Positions 1-8,470 of a DNA stretch of 64,000 nt are shown piece after piece (position 1 is the first letter of the stretch; the number at the start of each line of letters is the position of its first letter). A program made the translations under genes and the position numbers. The notes under the pieces were generated by a model. It had not been told where the DNA came from. It saw nothing but the letters and a program-made list of their open reading frames with translations, and did no database searches. The DNA is from an uncultured Caldisericales bacterium. GTDB taxonomy: Bacteria > Caldisericota > Caldisericia > JAAYUI01. Location: the NCBI GenBank assembly GCA_964613055.1, contig CAZTGD010000006.1:5340-69339 (forward strand), read 5' to 3'.

Positions 1-1
1 T

Positions 2-163
2 GGTTTCAAGGGAAGCCCCACGTGGGTCAAACGGATCTTCACTCCGCCACCACCAGAGGGTGGACCTCTGTTTGATGACGACAAAGCTGTTGAAAAAGCA
101 CTTGATCTTGTCTTTGAAAACAAACACTTTAGGGAAGCTGTTCTTGGTCAGGAGGCGGAGTGA
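2..163 (+). CDS. etfB: 3' end of electron transfer flavoprotein beta subunit (partial; window starts inside the gene). The stop TGA overlaps the etfA ATG.
   Basis: Frame-2 translation GFKGSPTWVKRIFTPPPPEGGPLFDDDKAVEKALDLVFENKHFREAVLGQEAE* resembles an EtfB/FixA C-terminus. It is directly followed by etfA, which is the expected operon context. Confidence 0.6.
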   Translation, partial: GFKGSPTWVKRIFTPPPPEGGPLFDDDKAVEKALDLVFENKHFREAVLGQEAE

Positions 164-1170
164 TGGCTGACAAAAAAGAATGGTTGGATGTACTAGTTTA
201 TATTGAAATATCAGATGGCAAACCACATGAAGTAGGTTGGGAGTTGTTGGGACAGGCAACACGTCTTGCCGGAAAACTCAACCAGAAGGTAAAGGCTCTC
301 ATCATCGGCAATGGAGCATCCAAGTTTGCCGAAGAAGCAGTTTCATACGGCGCTGAAACCGTGTATGTTGTGGACGATCTTGCATATGAAACATATGTAA
401 CTCGCACATACTGCAACGCATTCTGCAAGGTAGTAAACGAGTACAAACCAAAGATTGTTCTTATTGGTGCAACACCGCTAGGCAGAGACCTTTCAGGTGC
501 CGTAGCTACAAATCTTCAGGCTGGTCTGACAGCTGACTGTACAGGGTTGGACATAGACGAGAAGACTCACAAGCTGTTATCAACAAGACCGACCTTTGGT
601 GGTAACATAATGGCAACCATCTTCTGCCAGAAGGGTCAACCAGAGATGTCTACTGTCAGACCCAAGGTCATTAAGAAGGGTAAACCAGATACTTCTAGGA
701 AGGGTGAGATAGTAAACGTTGACATACCAGTCGATCCGAAAGACCTCACCGTAAAGGTACTCGAATTCATCCCAGACAAGGCCGGAACAGTTGAGATAGA
801 ACACGCCAAGATAATTGTAGCTGGTGGCAAAGGTGTCAACAGCCCGGAGGGCTTCGAGCAACTCAAAAAGCTGGCAGACCTACTTGGCGGTGAGGTTGCA
901 GGTTCAAGGCCAATGATCGAGGCCGGACTGCTTCCCCAAGAGCGTCAGGTTGGTCAAACGGGTAAAACCGTTTGCCCAAGGGTATTTATTGCGGTAGGTA
1001 TAAGCGGTGCCATCCAGCACCTGGTGGGCATGCAGAACTCCGATGTAATTATATCGATCAACAGTGATCCCGAGGCGGCGATCTTCCAGGTATCGACCGT
1101 TGGCATAGTCAAGCGTTGGCAAGAGGTTGTTCCAAACCTCATACAGGAGCTTGAGAGGAGGTTGAACTGA
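163..1170 (+). CDS. etfA: Electron transfer flavoprotein alpha subunit (EtfA/FixB)
   Basis: 336-aa ORF. The likely start is the ATG at 163; the ORF track used the GTG at 160. N-terminal Rossmann-like region and C-terminal FAD-binding ETF-alpha region with motifs ...IAVGISGAIQHLVGM..., typical of EtfA. Confidence 0.85.
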   Translation: MADKKEWLDVLVYIEISDGKPHEVGWELLGQATRLAGKLNQKVKALIIGNGASKFAEEAVSYGAETVYVVDDLAYETYVTRTYCNAFCKVVNEYKPKIVLIGATPLGRDLSGAVATNLQAGLTADCTGLDIDEKTHKLLSTRPTFGGNIMATIFCQKGQPEMSTVRPKVIKKGKPDTSRKGEIVNVDIPVDPKDLTVKVLEFIPDKAGTVEIEHAKIIVAGGKGVNSPEGFEQLKKLADLLGGEVAGSRPMIEAGLLPQERQVGQTGKTVCPRVFIAVGISGAIQHLVGMQNSDVIISINSDPEAAIFQVSTVGIVKRWQEVVPNLIQELERRLN

Positions 1171-2474
1171 TGGAAGAGAAATTTGACCTGATCATCGTTG
1201 GATCTGGACCAGCAGGCATCAGTTCAGCAATCGTTGCGGCAATGGGTGGTTTGAAGGTAATCGTGATTGAGCGAGGTGAGTTCCCCGGCTCAAAGAGTGT
1301 TTTTGGAGGCGTAGTCTACGCATCCGAGATTGCAAAACTCGTACCCGAATTCTGGAACGAGAAGAGGATACCCATTGAACGCAGGATTACCGACTCCAGA
1401 CTCGTATACATGAATGACAACGGCGCGCTCCAGGTTGGCTATAAAACGGGCAAGTTCGCAGAGGATCCACCTAATGTGCTTTCCGTACACCGTGCTAAGT
1501 TTGACCGCTGGTTTGCCAAGAAAGCGCAAGAAGCAGGAGCACTTATCATATGCAACACGTGTGTTGAAGAGGTGCTTCGGGATAACACCGGCAGAGTTAC
1601 CGGCGTGAGGACCGGAAGACCCGACGGAGATGTGTTTGGAAAGATGGTCATCTTCGCAGATGGTATCCAGTCACCTCTCACTGTTAGAGCCGGCATACGC
1701 CCCGAGGTAAAGCCAGAGAATGTAGCACTTTCTGTTAAAGAGAACATCCAAATCGGCGAAGAGGAAGTCAACAAGCGATTTTCAGTCAAGCCGGGCGAGG
1801 GTGTGACCTTTGAAATGCTTGGTTCGATGGCAGACGGCATGGACGGCGTTGCCATAATGTACACCAACAAGGACACGGTTTCACTTGGAGTTGGTGCAAA
1901 CCTGAAACAATGGATGGTGAACAGGAACACACCGTATGAATTGATTGACAGACTCAAGGAACACCCATTTGTCAAGCCGTTTGTTGAGGGTGGCACCCTG
2001 AAGGAATACACAGCACACTGGCTACCTGAGGGTGGTTGGGACACCATACCAAAGCTCTATGGTGATGGCTATCTGTTGACCGGTGACACGGCGATGCTGT
2101 TCAACACACTTCACAGAGAGGGTACAAACCTCGCTCAGGCAACGGGTCGCATGGCAGGTGAGATGGCTTTGGAAGCCATTAGCAAAGGAGACACGAGCGA
2201 AAAAGCCCTAAAGGTGTACAACACACGCGTCATGAAGAGTTTTGTCGGCAAGGATATGAAAAAATACAAGGGCTTTGGTCACTTCCTCTTCAAGAACAAA
2301 GACCTCTTCAGCACACTCCCCGAGTTTGTCGGCGAGACATGTGAGGAGATGCTCAGGGTAGATGGAGCTTCAAAGAGGGAGAAACAAGCCAGAATCAAGA
2401 AGAACTTTGGCAAGAAGATAGGGCTGATGAAACTTCTAAAAATCGGTTGGAAAGGATGGAGGATTGTAAGATGA
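1170..2474 (+). CDS. fixC: FAD-dependent ETF-quinone oxidoreductase-like protein (FixC family)
   Basis: 434 aa. N-terminal FAD-binding motif DLIIVGSGPAGISSA. Overlaps the etfA stop (ATGA). Followed by a FixX-like ferredoxin. Confidence 0.85.
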   Translation: MEEKFDLIIVGSGPAGISSAIVAAMGGLKVIVIERGEFPGSKSVFGGVVYASEIAKLVPEFWNEKRIPIERRITDSRLVYMNDNGALQVGYKTGKFAEDPPNVLSVHRAKFDRWFAKKAQEAGALIICNTCVEEVLRDNTGRVTGVRTGRPDGDVFGKMVIFADGIQSPLTVRAGIRPEVKPENVALSVKENIQIGEEEVNKRFSVKPGEGVTFEMLGSMADGMDGVAIMYTNKDTVSLGVGANLKQWMVNRNTPYELIDRLKEHPFVKPFVEGGTLKEYTAHWLPEGGWDTIPKLYGDGYLLTGDTAMLFNTLHREGTNLAQATGRMAGEMALEAISKGDTSEKALKVYNTRVMKSFVGKDMKKYKGFGHFLFKNKDLFSTLPEFVGETCEEMLRVDGASKREKQARIKKNFGKKIGLMKLLKIGWKGWRIVR

Positions 2475-2755
2475 GTAAGATAGAAGACAAGCTGTACACA
2501 ACTCGATTCAAGGTCGACGAAACCCCTCATCTGAAGATTGCCGATCAGTCAATCTGCTTGAAATGCCTTAAGGAACACGGACAACCCTGCACCATCTTCT
2601 GCCCGGCAAAGGTCTACATCTGGGAAGAGGATCACATAAATGTCGTGTATGAGGGTTGCCTGGAATGTGGTAGCTGTCGCATCGGATGTCCCTACACCAA
2701 CATCACCTGGAACTTCCCCAGGGGTGGATTTGGGGTGATGTTCAAGCTGGGATAA
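2471..2755 (+). CDS. fixX: Ferredoxin-like protein FixX
   Basis: Cys pattern C..C..C...CP is FixX-like. The ATG overlaps the fixC stop (ATGA) at 2471; the ORF track start at 2447 is probably an over-extension. Confidence 0.8.
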   Translation: MSKIEDKLYTTRFKVDETPHLKIADQSICLKCLKEHGQPCTIFCPAKVYIWEEDHINVVYEGCLECGSCRIGCPYTNITWNFPRGGFGVMFKLG

Positions 2756-2808
2756 TAAAAAATGGCTGACAGTCGATAAACTGATGTCAACCAAAGAAGT
2801 AGGTTAAT

Positions 2809-3801
2809 ATGTCATTTGCTGATTGGATCCAAATTGGAGTTTCAGTTTTACTGGCTTTTATTGGTATTGGATTTTCAATATACTCAATTACAAGGAATAA
2901 AGCTGAGTCAAAATTGATAAAATCCTACAATGATAGCTTTGATAAGAAGATTGATGGATTAGACAAGACACTTACCAAAGTTTATATAAGCCATTTAGAA
3001 GGCAAGAATATAAAGAAGCAACCTGATACTCTGGACGATCCCCAAAAAGACGATGCGTATAGCATTATTTGTAAATTGAATGACAGACAAAAAAGGTTTC
3101 TTTCTGCTATCGATCTTTTTCCAAAACAATATGGTATCTCAAAAATTGCTGGTCATGATGGGTATGATGAGAAATTCAAAGTCAATGATATCGATCTTAA
3201 TAGAGCACAATTTATCAAAGGCGATAAAAAGATAAAAAGTACTATCACTACACTCAAAACAATCGATTTAATTGGAGAAGGTTATGATGAAAAATTACCT
3301 AACTGCAATCACTTTTTCGTACTAAAGAAGACTGGGGAGGAAGTTCTATCCATACTGCGAGGAAATAAAGGTGACCCATTAATTAATTTAATAAATGACA
3401 TCAATGAAGATGTTTCTAAATATAACGATAATTTGTATAGAATTCTAGAAGATCTGCATAACCTAAAATCAGAAAGCTATTATCTTCAAGACTGTACAGC
3501 AGGAAATCACAAATTTTACAGATGTGATAAGGTAATTGCAGATCCAAAGAATTTGAAATCTCTTATAGAAAACGAAAATATAACTGAATTGGATAAGGAT
3601 GAAAGGTTTGAATATCTCGGTGAGTGTCTATCTCGCGAATTAAGGCAAGCAAGACAAAACTCTCTTTTATCAGACGGAAAAGAAATTACTAAATCTCTCT
3701 ACTTTGTCAGTAATTCAGCCTGTGGCTCACAGTACCTTTGGGTAAAGAATAATCAGGATAAGGTACGCGAAATACTGAATAAACAACCATCACAAGTATA
3801 A
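2809..3801 (+). CDS. Hypothetical membrane-anchored protein (single N-terminal TM helix) inside an AT-rich island
   Basis: 330-aa ORF with a hydrophobic N-terminus (WIQIGVSVLLAFIGIGFSIYSI). Local GC is clearly lower than in flanking genes. No recognisable family. Confidence 0.5.
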   Translation: MSFADWIQIGVSVLLAFIGIGFSIYSITRNKAESKLIKSYNDSFDKKIDGLDKTLTKVYISHLEGKNIKKQPDTLDDPQKDDAYSIICKLNDRQKRFLSAIDLFPKQYGISKIAGHDGYDEKFKVNDIDLNRAQFIKGDKKIKSTITTLKTIDLIGEGYDEKLPNCNHFFVLKKTGEEVLSILRGNKGDPLINLINDINEDVSKYNDNLYRILEDLHNLKSESYYLQDCTAGNHKFYRCDKVIADPKNLKSLIENENITELDKDERFEYLGECLSRELRQARQNSLLSDGKEITKSLYFVSNSACGSQYLWVKNNQDKVREILNKQPSQV

Positions 3802-3815
3802 CTCCTAACATAGCT

Positions 3816-4142
3816 GTGCTACTCACTATGATATTAATTCAAGTTGCCTTCAGGTCAAGAATATCTATGTCTTTACCTGTTGACTTTCTTTTTTCACTGA
3901 TTACAATTTATTACATGGAATGGTTTGTTAACAACTTGGGATCAGTAGCTCTTATCGTAATAATCGTTGGTGTTGTGCTTGCCTTACTACTGTATCGTTC
4001 TTCATTGAGATCGCTGGGTTTTGGCAGGAACGTATCTGAGAAGTCTGGTGATGCTCCAAAGGATCATAAGGAAGGAGATAAAAAACTCAAAAACAAATTG
4101 AAGAACATGGCAGAAGAAACTAAATGGGACTGTTACTACTGA
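3816..4142 (+). CDS. Small hypothetical membrane protein. The true start is possibly the internal Met near 3915 (MEWFVNNLGSVALIVIIVGVVLALLLY...).
   Basis: ORF with one clear TM helix followed by a charged Lys/Glu-rich tail. AT-rich context. Confidence 0.35.
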   Translation: MLLTMILIQVAFRSRISMSLPVDFLFSLITIYYMEWFVNNLGSVALIVIIVGVVLALLLYRSSLRSLGFGRNVSEKSGDAPKDHKEGDKKLKNKLKNMAEETKWDCYY

Positions 4143-4294
4143 TCTACTAACCTTATTTTAATCCAACCGCAATTACCGTTAGGTTCAACTGTTAGTTTCA
4201 CAATTTTGTAATAATATCAATAATATTCAATATAATTTAAACTTGACTGTGTGTAATATTTATGTTAATATTTTAAATACTTAAGGAGGTGTGT

Positions 4295-4423
4295 ATGATT
4301 GAGAGAGTTGTCGAATCTGATTTTGTTGGTAAGGGTCCGGTTAATGAGATGTTGAGACTAATTGATGACGATGGTAACTGGCAAAATGGTGAGTTGAAAG
4401 TCAGAATGAGAGTAGTTAATTAA
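4295..4423 (+). CDS. Small ORF (42 aa) with a near-perfect Shine-Dalgarno site
   Basis: TAAGGAGGTGTGT precedes the ATG at 4295. Peptide MIERVVESDFVGKGPVNEMLRLIDDDGNWQNGELKVRMRVVN. Below the 60-aa cutoff of the ORF track. Confidence 0.3.
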   Translation: MIERVVESDFVGKGPVNEMLRLIDDDGNWQNGELKVRMRVVN

Positions 4424-4623
4424 GATGCAGGTTTTGATGATAAAATGAATAAGCAATTCAGTGTTTCTATAAGACAATCAGTTCATCCTAGCATTATAAC
4501 AGATAACCCCATACTAGAAGATGTAGAAAAAAAACGATGATAACGTATACACTTGGACATATTATATTAGAGCAAAGAAGTACTAGATACATAGTGCTCT
4601 ATTCATTTATAAAAACGGCGAAA

Positions 4624-5505
4624 TCAATGTAAGAATAATTGTACTCTCGACCAAACACTCTTGATATTAGCAGACACCTCACCATCCTGCTCAACTATTA
4701 TCTTTCCCTCTGATAGAATCCTTGGCACCGATTCATCATATCGAATGCGACCGACAGACATCACACCATTCTCTTTTGCAACCCGGTCAATCTCAGCCGA
4801 CACTTCTGGATTTATGTCCCACTTGTTGATACACATGGCTACCTTCATTTTGAAGCTGTCTGCTAGCTGGATGACACGTTCCATGTCATGCTTACCCGAC
4901 TGGGTGGGTTCTGTTACCAAGAGAAGCAGGTCAGCCCCGCTTATAGAAGCAATTACAGGACATCCAACGCCAGGGGGTCCATCTACAATCAGGACATCAG
5001 AATTATCATCCCTGGCTTTGACCCTCGCCTTTGACTTGACCAGTGAAACGAGTTTCCCTGAGTTCTCGCCTCCCGCATCCAGCAGGGCGTGGATCATTGG
5101 ACAATATTTCGTATCCGATTCCATCCACACACCCCTCTTCGGGGTGGACAGCTTGATAGCGTTAGCTTTACAAACATAGTCACATAGCGAACAGCCTTCG
5201 CATTTTAGTTCATCAATCCTGTAGATAGTTTTACCACTTTTATCAGTCGATTTGTCAATAGCATCGAATCGACAGTGTTCATAGCAGAGACCACAAAAGG
5301 TGCATTTGTTCTGATCTATTTCTGCCAGCAGACCGCTGTGAAAATCGTGGGTCCGAGTTTTTTCAGGCTTCATCAGGATGTGCATGTTCGGTGCGTCAAC
5401 ATCACAATCCGATATCACAGAGTTTTTTGCTAAGCTAGCAAACGATGCTGATACAGTGGTTTTGCCACTGCCCCCCTTACCACTAATTATTACAAGCTCT
5501 TTCAT
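4624..5505 (-). CDS. MinD/ParA-family P-loop ATPase with an inserted 2x[4Fe-4S] ferredoxin domain
   Basis: Deviant Walker A GKGGSGKTT. Two CxxCxxCxxxC clusters (CTFCGLCYEHC and CEGCSLCDYVC). 4-bp overlap with the upstream paralogue. Confidence 0.8.
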   Translation of the reverse strand: MKELVIISGKGGSGKTTVSASFASLAKNSVISDCDVDAPNMHILMKPEKTRTHDFHSGLLAEIDQNKCTFCGLCYEHCRFDAIDKSTDKSGKTIYRIDELKCEGCSLCDYVCKANAIKLSTPKRGVWMESDTKYCPMIHALLDAGGENSGKLVSLVKSKARVKARDDNSDVLIVDGPPGVGCPVIASISGADLLLLVTEPTQSGKHDMERVIQLADSFKMKVAMCINKWDINPEVSAEIDRVAKENGVMSVGRIRYDESVPRILSEGKIIVEQDGEVSANIKSVWSRVQLFLH

Positions 5506-6332
5506 GCGATACCCTCAATCCTGTTCATCAACTGCCTGAAAAGATCAGCGTATTCTGGGATTGACTGAACGACTGTGTCTCCCATAGAATAAGCCTTGGC
5601 AATCCTCATGTCATTTGGAATTCGAGCGAGTATCGGAATCCCCTTTGCATCACAGAACTTTTCAACCCCATCATCACCAATATCACTACGGTTTATCATA
5701 ACGCCAAAACGTAATGCTCTTCTCTCCAGCAAAGCCACTGATAGTTTCAGGTCATGCAGTCCAAAGGGTGTAGGCTCTGTGACCAACACCACATAGTCAA
5801 CTCCGTCAACAGCCTCTATTGCCGGACATGTGTTGCCGGGTGGTGCGTCTATGATGTTCAATCCATTCACTGAAATGTGTTTTTTGACAGACGATATGAG
5901 TTGGGGAGACATCACATTGCCTATCTTGAGCTGACCCTGAACCAGGGTTGTCTCGCCATTTCTAAATATACTTATCTCTCCTAGTTTCTTGGGGTTGGTA
6001 GTGATCGCGTCATGAGGACAGACAATCCAACCACCACAGCTGTGGCACATTTCATCATATACAATAACCTTTTTTGGGAGAGTGATAATTGCATTATACT
6101 TACAGAAATCACTGCACACGCCACATTTTGTGCAAAGTTGGTCGTTTACTGAAGGGGTCTCTATTGACACATCGGTTTGGTCAATCAAATCACCACCGAT
6201 GAAGAATGCATCGTTGGGCTCCTCGACATCACAGTCGAGAAGGGTAACAGGGGTCTTGGCAATTCTGGCAAGATTACATGCAACAGTGGTCTTACCCGTA
6301 CCGCCTTTTCCAGAAGCTATTGCAATCAACAT
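5502..6332 (-). CDS. MinD/ParA-family P-loop ATPase with an inserted [4Fe-4S] ferredoxin domain (paralogue)
   Basis: GKGGTGKTT Walker A. Cys clusters CTKCGVCSDFC / CHSCGGWIVC. Confidence 0.8.
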   Translation of the reverse strand: MLIAIASGKGGTGKTTVACNLARIAKTPVTLLDCDVEEPNDAFFIGGDLIDQTDVSIETPSVNDQLCTKCGVCSDFCKYNAIITLPKKVIVYDEMCHSCGGWIVCPHDAITTNPKKLGEISIFRNGETTLVQGQLKIGNVMSPQLISSVKKHISVNGLNIIDAPPGNTCPAIEAVDGVDYVVLVTEPTPFGLHDLKLSVALLERRALRFGVMINRSDIGDDGVEKFCDAKGIPILARIPNDMRIAKAYSMGDTVVQSIPEYADLFRQLMNRIEGIA

Positions 6333-6366
6333 ATTAGTGATATGAATATCCTTAAGATGCTTATAC

Positions 6367-6684
6367 TTAATTCAGATTATGCTTTTCAATGGCTTTAGAG
6401 ATAGTGGATTCATCGGTCACGATTATCTTAAGGCCTGCTGACTCCAGCACATCCTGTGCCTTTGGCCCGCAGTTCATACACACCATCACATCAATGCCAG
6501 CTTTTGAAACAGTTTCAGCTGATTTAATACCAACTCCATGAGCCGCACTAAGATTGGCGGTATTGTCGATGATCTTGATCTCTTTGGTTTCAGTATCAAA
6601 AATAAGGAAACTCTTTGCTCTGCCAAACACATCCTCGATGGCTGAGTTCAGATTGTCGCCTGCAGTGGGGAATGCTATCTTCAT
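6367..6684 (-). CDS. NifX/NifB-like dinitrogenase FeMo-cofactor-binding-domain protein
   Basis: 105 aa. MKIAFPTAGDNL...KIIVTD resembles the Nitro_FeMo-Co domain family. It commonly sits beside Fe-S MinD-like ATPases. Confidence 0.7.
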   Translation of the reverse strand: MKIAFPTAGDNLNSAIEDVFGRAKSFLIFDTETKEIKIIDNTANLSAAHGVGIKSAETVSKAGIDVMVCMNCGPKAQDVLESAGLKIIVTDESTISKAIEKHNLN

Positions 6685-6756
6685 ATTTCACCTTCCATGA
6701 TCGATTTTGGTGCACCGACATCAAGTCAGTGCACAGCGCTAGATTATACAGCGATT

Positions 6757-6984
6757 CTATTCGTTGTCGTTTTTCTTATCGGTGGTAGTCTGTTGTGAGC
6801 CCCAGCCAAAGAAGCCACGCCCAAATCCACGTCCTCTACCGAATCCCCGGCCCAGACCTCTTCCCGATCCTCGACCGAAACCATAGGGACGGTCTATAGG
6901 TTTTCCACCATTGCTACACGGTCCAAGCCTTCTACCTGTTCCTGCGCCCCTTCCGTCTGGTCCTTTTCCATCAAAACCTGGCAT
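6757..6984 (-). CDS. Small Gly/Arg-rich protein with RGG/FGRG repeats
   Basis: 75 aa, ...GFGRGSGRGLGRGFGRGRGFGRGFFGWG.... Strong SD (AGGAGGTGAG) immediately upstream on the minus strand. First gene of the operon. Confidence 0.5.
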   Translation of the reverse strand: MPGFDGKGPDGRGAGTGRRLGPCSNGGKPIDRPYGFGRGSGRGLGRGFGRGRGFGRGFFGWGSQQTTTDKKNDNE

Positions 6985-7174
6985 ATCTCACCTCCTAATA
7001 ATTTATCGCAATAACATTCTACGATTGTAAATATTTATTACAATTAAATTGCAATTATTGATTCCATCATCGATCCTAATCAATAGGCATAGCTGTCGAT
7101 CTCAGCTAGCCTAATTGATTTACCTTGAAACCGATTGCCTGCTAAATACTATTGACGGGGAAGGTAGGAAATAT

Positions 7175-8467
7175 ATGAAAAGAACCCTTGCAAAAGACGC
7201 CGTTGACCATATTGGCGAGACAATCACCCTTGAGGGGTGGCTTCACAACGTCCGTGAACTCTCAGATTTTTCATTTGTTATTCTGCGTGATCGCTCAGGC
7301 ACTGTTCAGGGAATAATTGAGAATCCAGACTTTGAGGTGCCAGAGCTGACCAATGAATCTATCATCAGGCTTCATGGCAATGTTGTAAAATCTGAATTTG
7401 CAAGAGCAGGCTTTGAGGTCAGGGTTACAGGGATTGATATCATTGAAAAGGTTGAAGAAGAACCACCAATCCAACTCAACAAGAAGAACGTCAAGGAACA
7501 CCTGGAAAGGGTGCTTGATTTCAGATACTTCTCTTTGCGCCATCCATCAATCAAATCGATATTCGAGATTCAATCAACCATAGCACAGGCATTCAGGGAT
7601 TACCTTCTGTCGCAGGATTTCACAGAAATCAGGACACCAAAACTCGTTGCTTCAGGGACAGAAGGTGGAGCAAACCTGTTTAGGGTCGATTATTTCGAAA
7701 CTAACGCCTATCTCGCTCAATCTCCACAATTCTACAAGCAGATGATGGTCGGTGTCTTTGAGCGTGTATTTGAGATAGGACCCGTTTTCAGAGCTGAACC
7801 CCATAAGACAACCAGGCACGTGAATGAATATACATCTTTGGATATGGAGATGGGTTTCATCAGGGATGAATTTGATGTGATGGACACTCAAGAGGGCATC
7901 CTCAGGCAGATGGTGAACTCAGTCATTGAGAATCATGGAGACACACTACAAACGATGAAGGCTGAGATATCAATCCCCGATGAGATTCCAAGGCTCAGGA
8001 TGAGCGAGGTACACGATATCCTGAAGAATAAATACAAGGTTACCTATGAGAAGAACTTTGACATAGATCCCAATGGTGAAAAAAAGATATGTCATTGGGC
8101 AAAGAAAGAATACAACTCTGACTTTGTCTTCATCACTGGCTATCCAAAGATGAAGCGACCCATGTATACCATGCCTGATCTCGATCACGAGGGAGAAACA
8201 AGGGGCTTTGACCTTATCTACAGAGGCACAGAAATAACGACAGGCGGACAGAGGATTCATGATCACAAAATGCTTAGTGACAATATCGCTGGTTTTGGAA
8301 TGAATCCGGATGATTTCACTTTCTACACGGATGTTTTTAAGTATGGTATCCCACCGCATGGCGGTCTGGCAATGGGTCTCGAGCGTATCACCTGCCAGAT
8401 GCTGGGCCTGAAGAACATTCGTGAGGGTGTGCTGTTCCCACGTGACCTTGAGAGACTCACCCCCTAG
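7175..8467 (+). CDS. aspS: Aspartyl-tRNA synthetase, archaeal/eukaryotic type (short form, no GAD insertion)
   Basis: Class II aaRS motifs (FRAE, GGLAMGLERI). About 430 aa from the ATG at 7175, which has GGAAGGTAGG upstream. The ORF track start at 7115 is an over-extension. Confidence 0.85.
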   Translation: MKRTLAKDAVDHIGETITLEGWLHNVRELSDFSFVILRDRSGTVQGIIENPDFEVPELTNESIIRLHGNVVKSEFARAGFEVRVTGIDIIEKVEEEPPIQLNKKNVKEHLERVLDFRYFSLRHPSIKSIFEIQSTIAQAFRDYLLSQDFTEIRTPKLVASGTEGGANLFRVDYFETNAYLAQSPQFYKQMMVGVFERVFEIGPVFRAEPHKTTRHVNEYTSLDMEMGFIRDEFDVMDTQEGILRQMVNSVIENHGDTLQTMKAEISIPDEIPRLRMSEVHDILKNKYKVTYEKNFDIDPNGEKKICHWAKKEYNSDFVFITGYPKMKRPMYTMPDLDHEGETRGFDLIYRGTEITTGGQRIHDHKMLSDNIAGFGMNPDDFTFYTDVFKYGIPPHGGLAMGLERITCQMLGLKNIREGVLFPRDLERLTP

Positions 8468-8470
8468 TAG

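Noticed and set aside
160-162. GTG at 160 as the etfA start (ORF track)
   Set aside because: An ATG at 163 immediately follows and overlaps the etfB stop (TGATG), which is the more typical coupling.
1439-2047. Long antisense ORFs inside etf/fixC (1439..2047 -), inside the MinD-like gene (4661..5179 +), inside the HK gene (14456..14881 -), inside the antiporter (34454..34993 +), and similar ones throughout the track
   Set aside because: These are shadow ORFs fully overlapping well-supported genes on the opposite strand. They have no SD and their products are compositionally biased.
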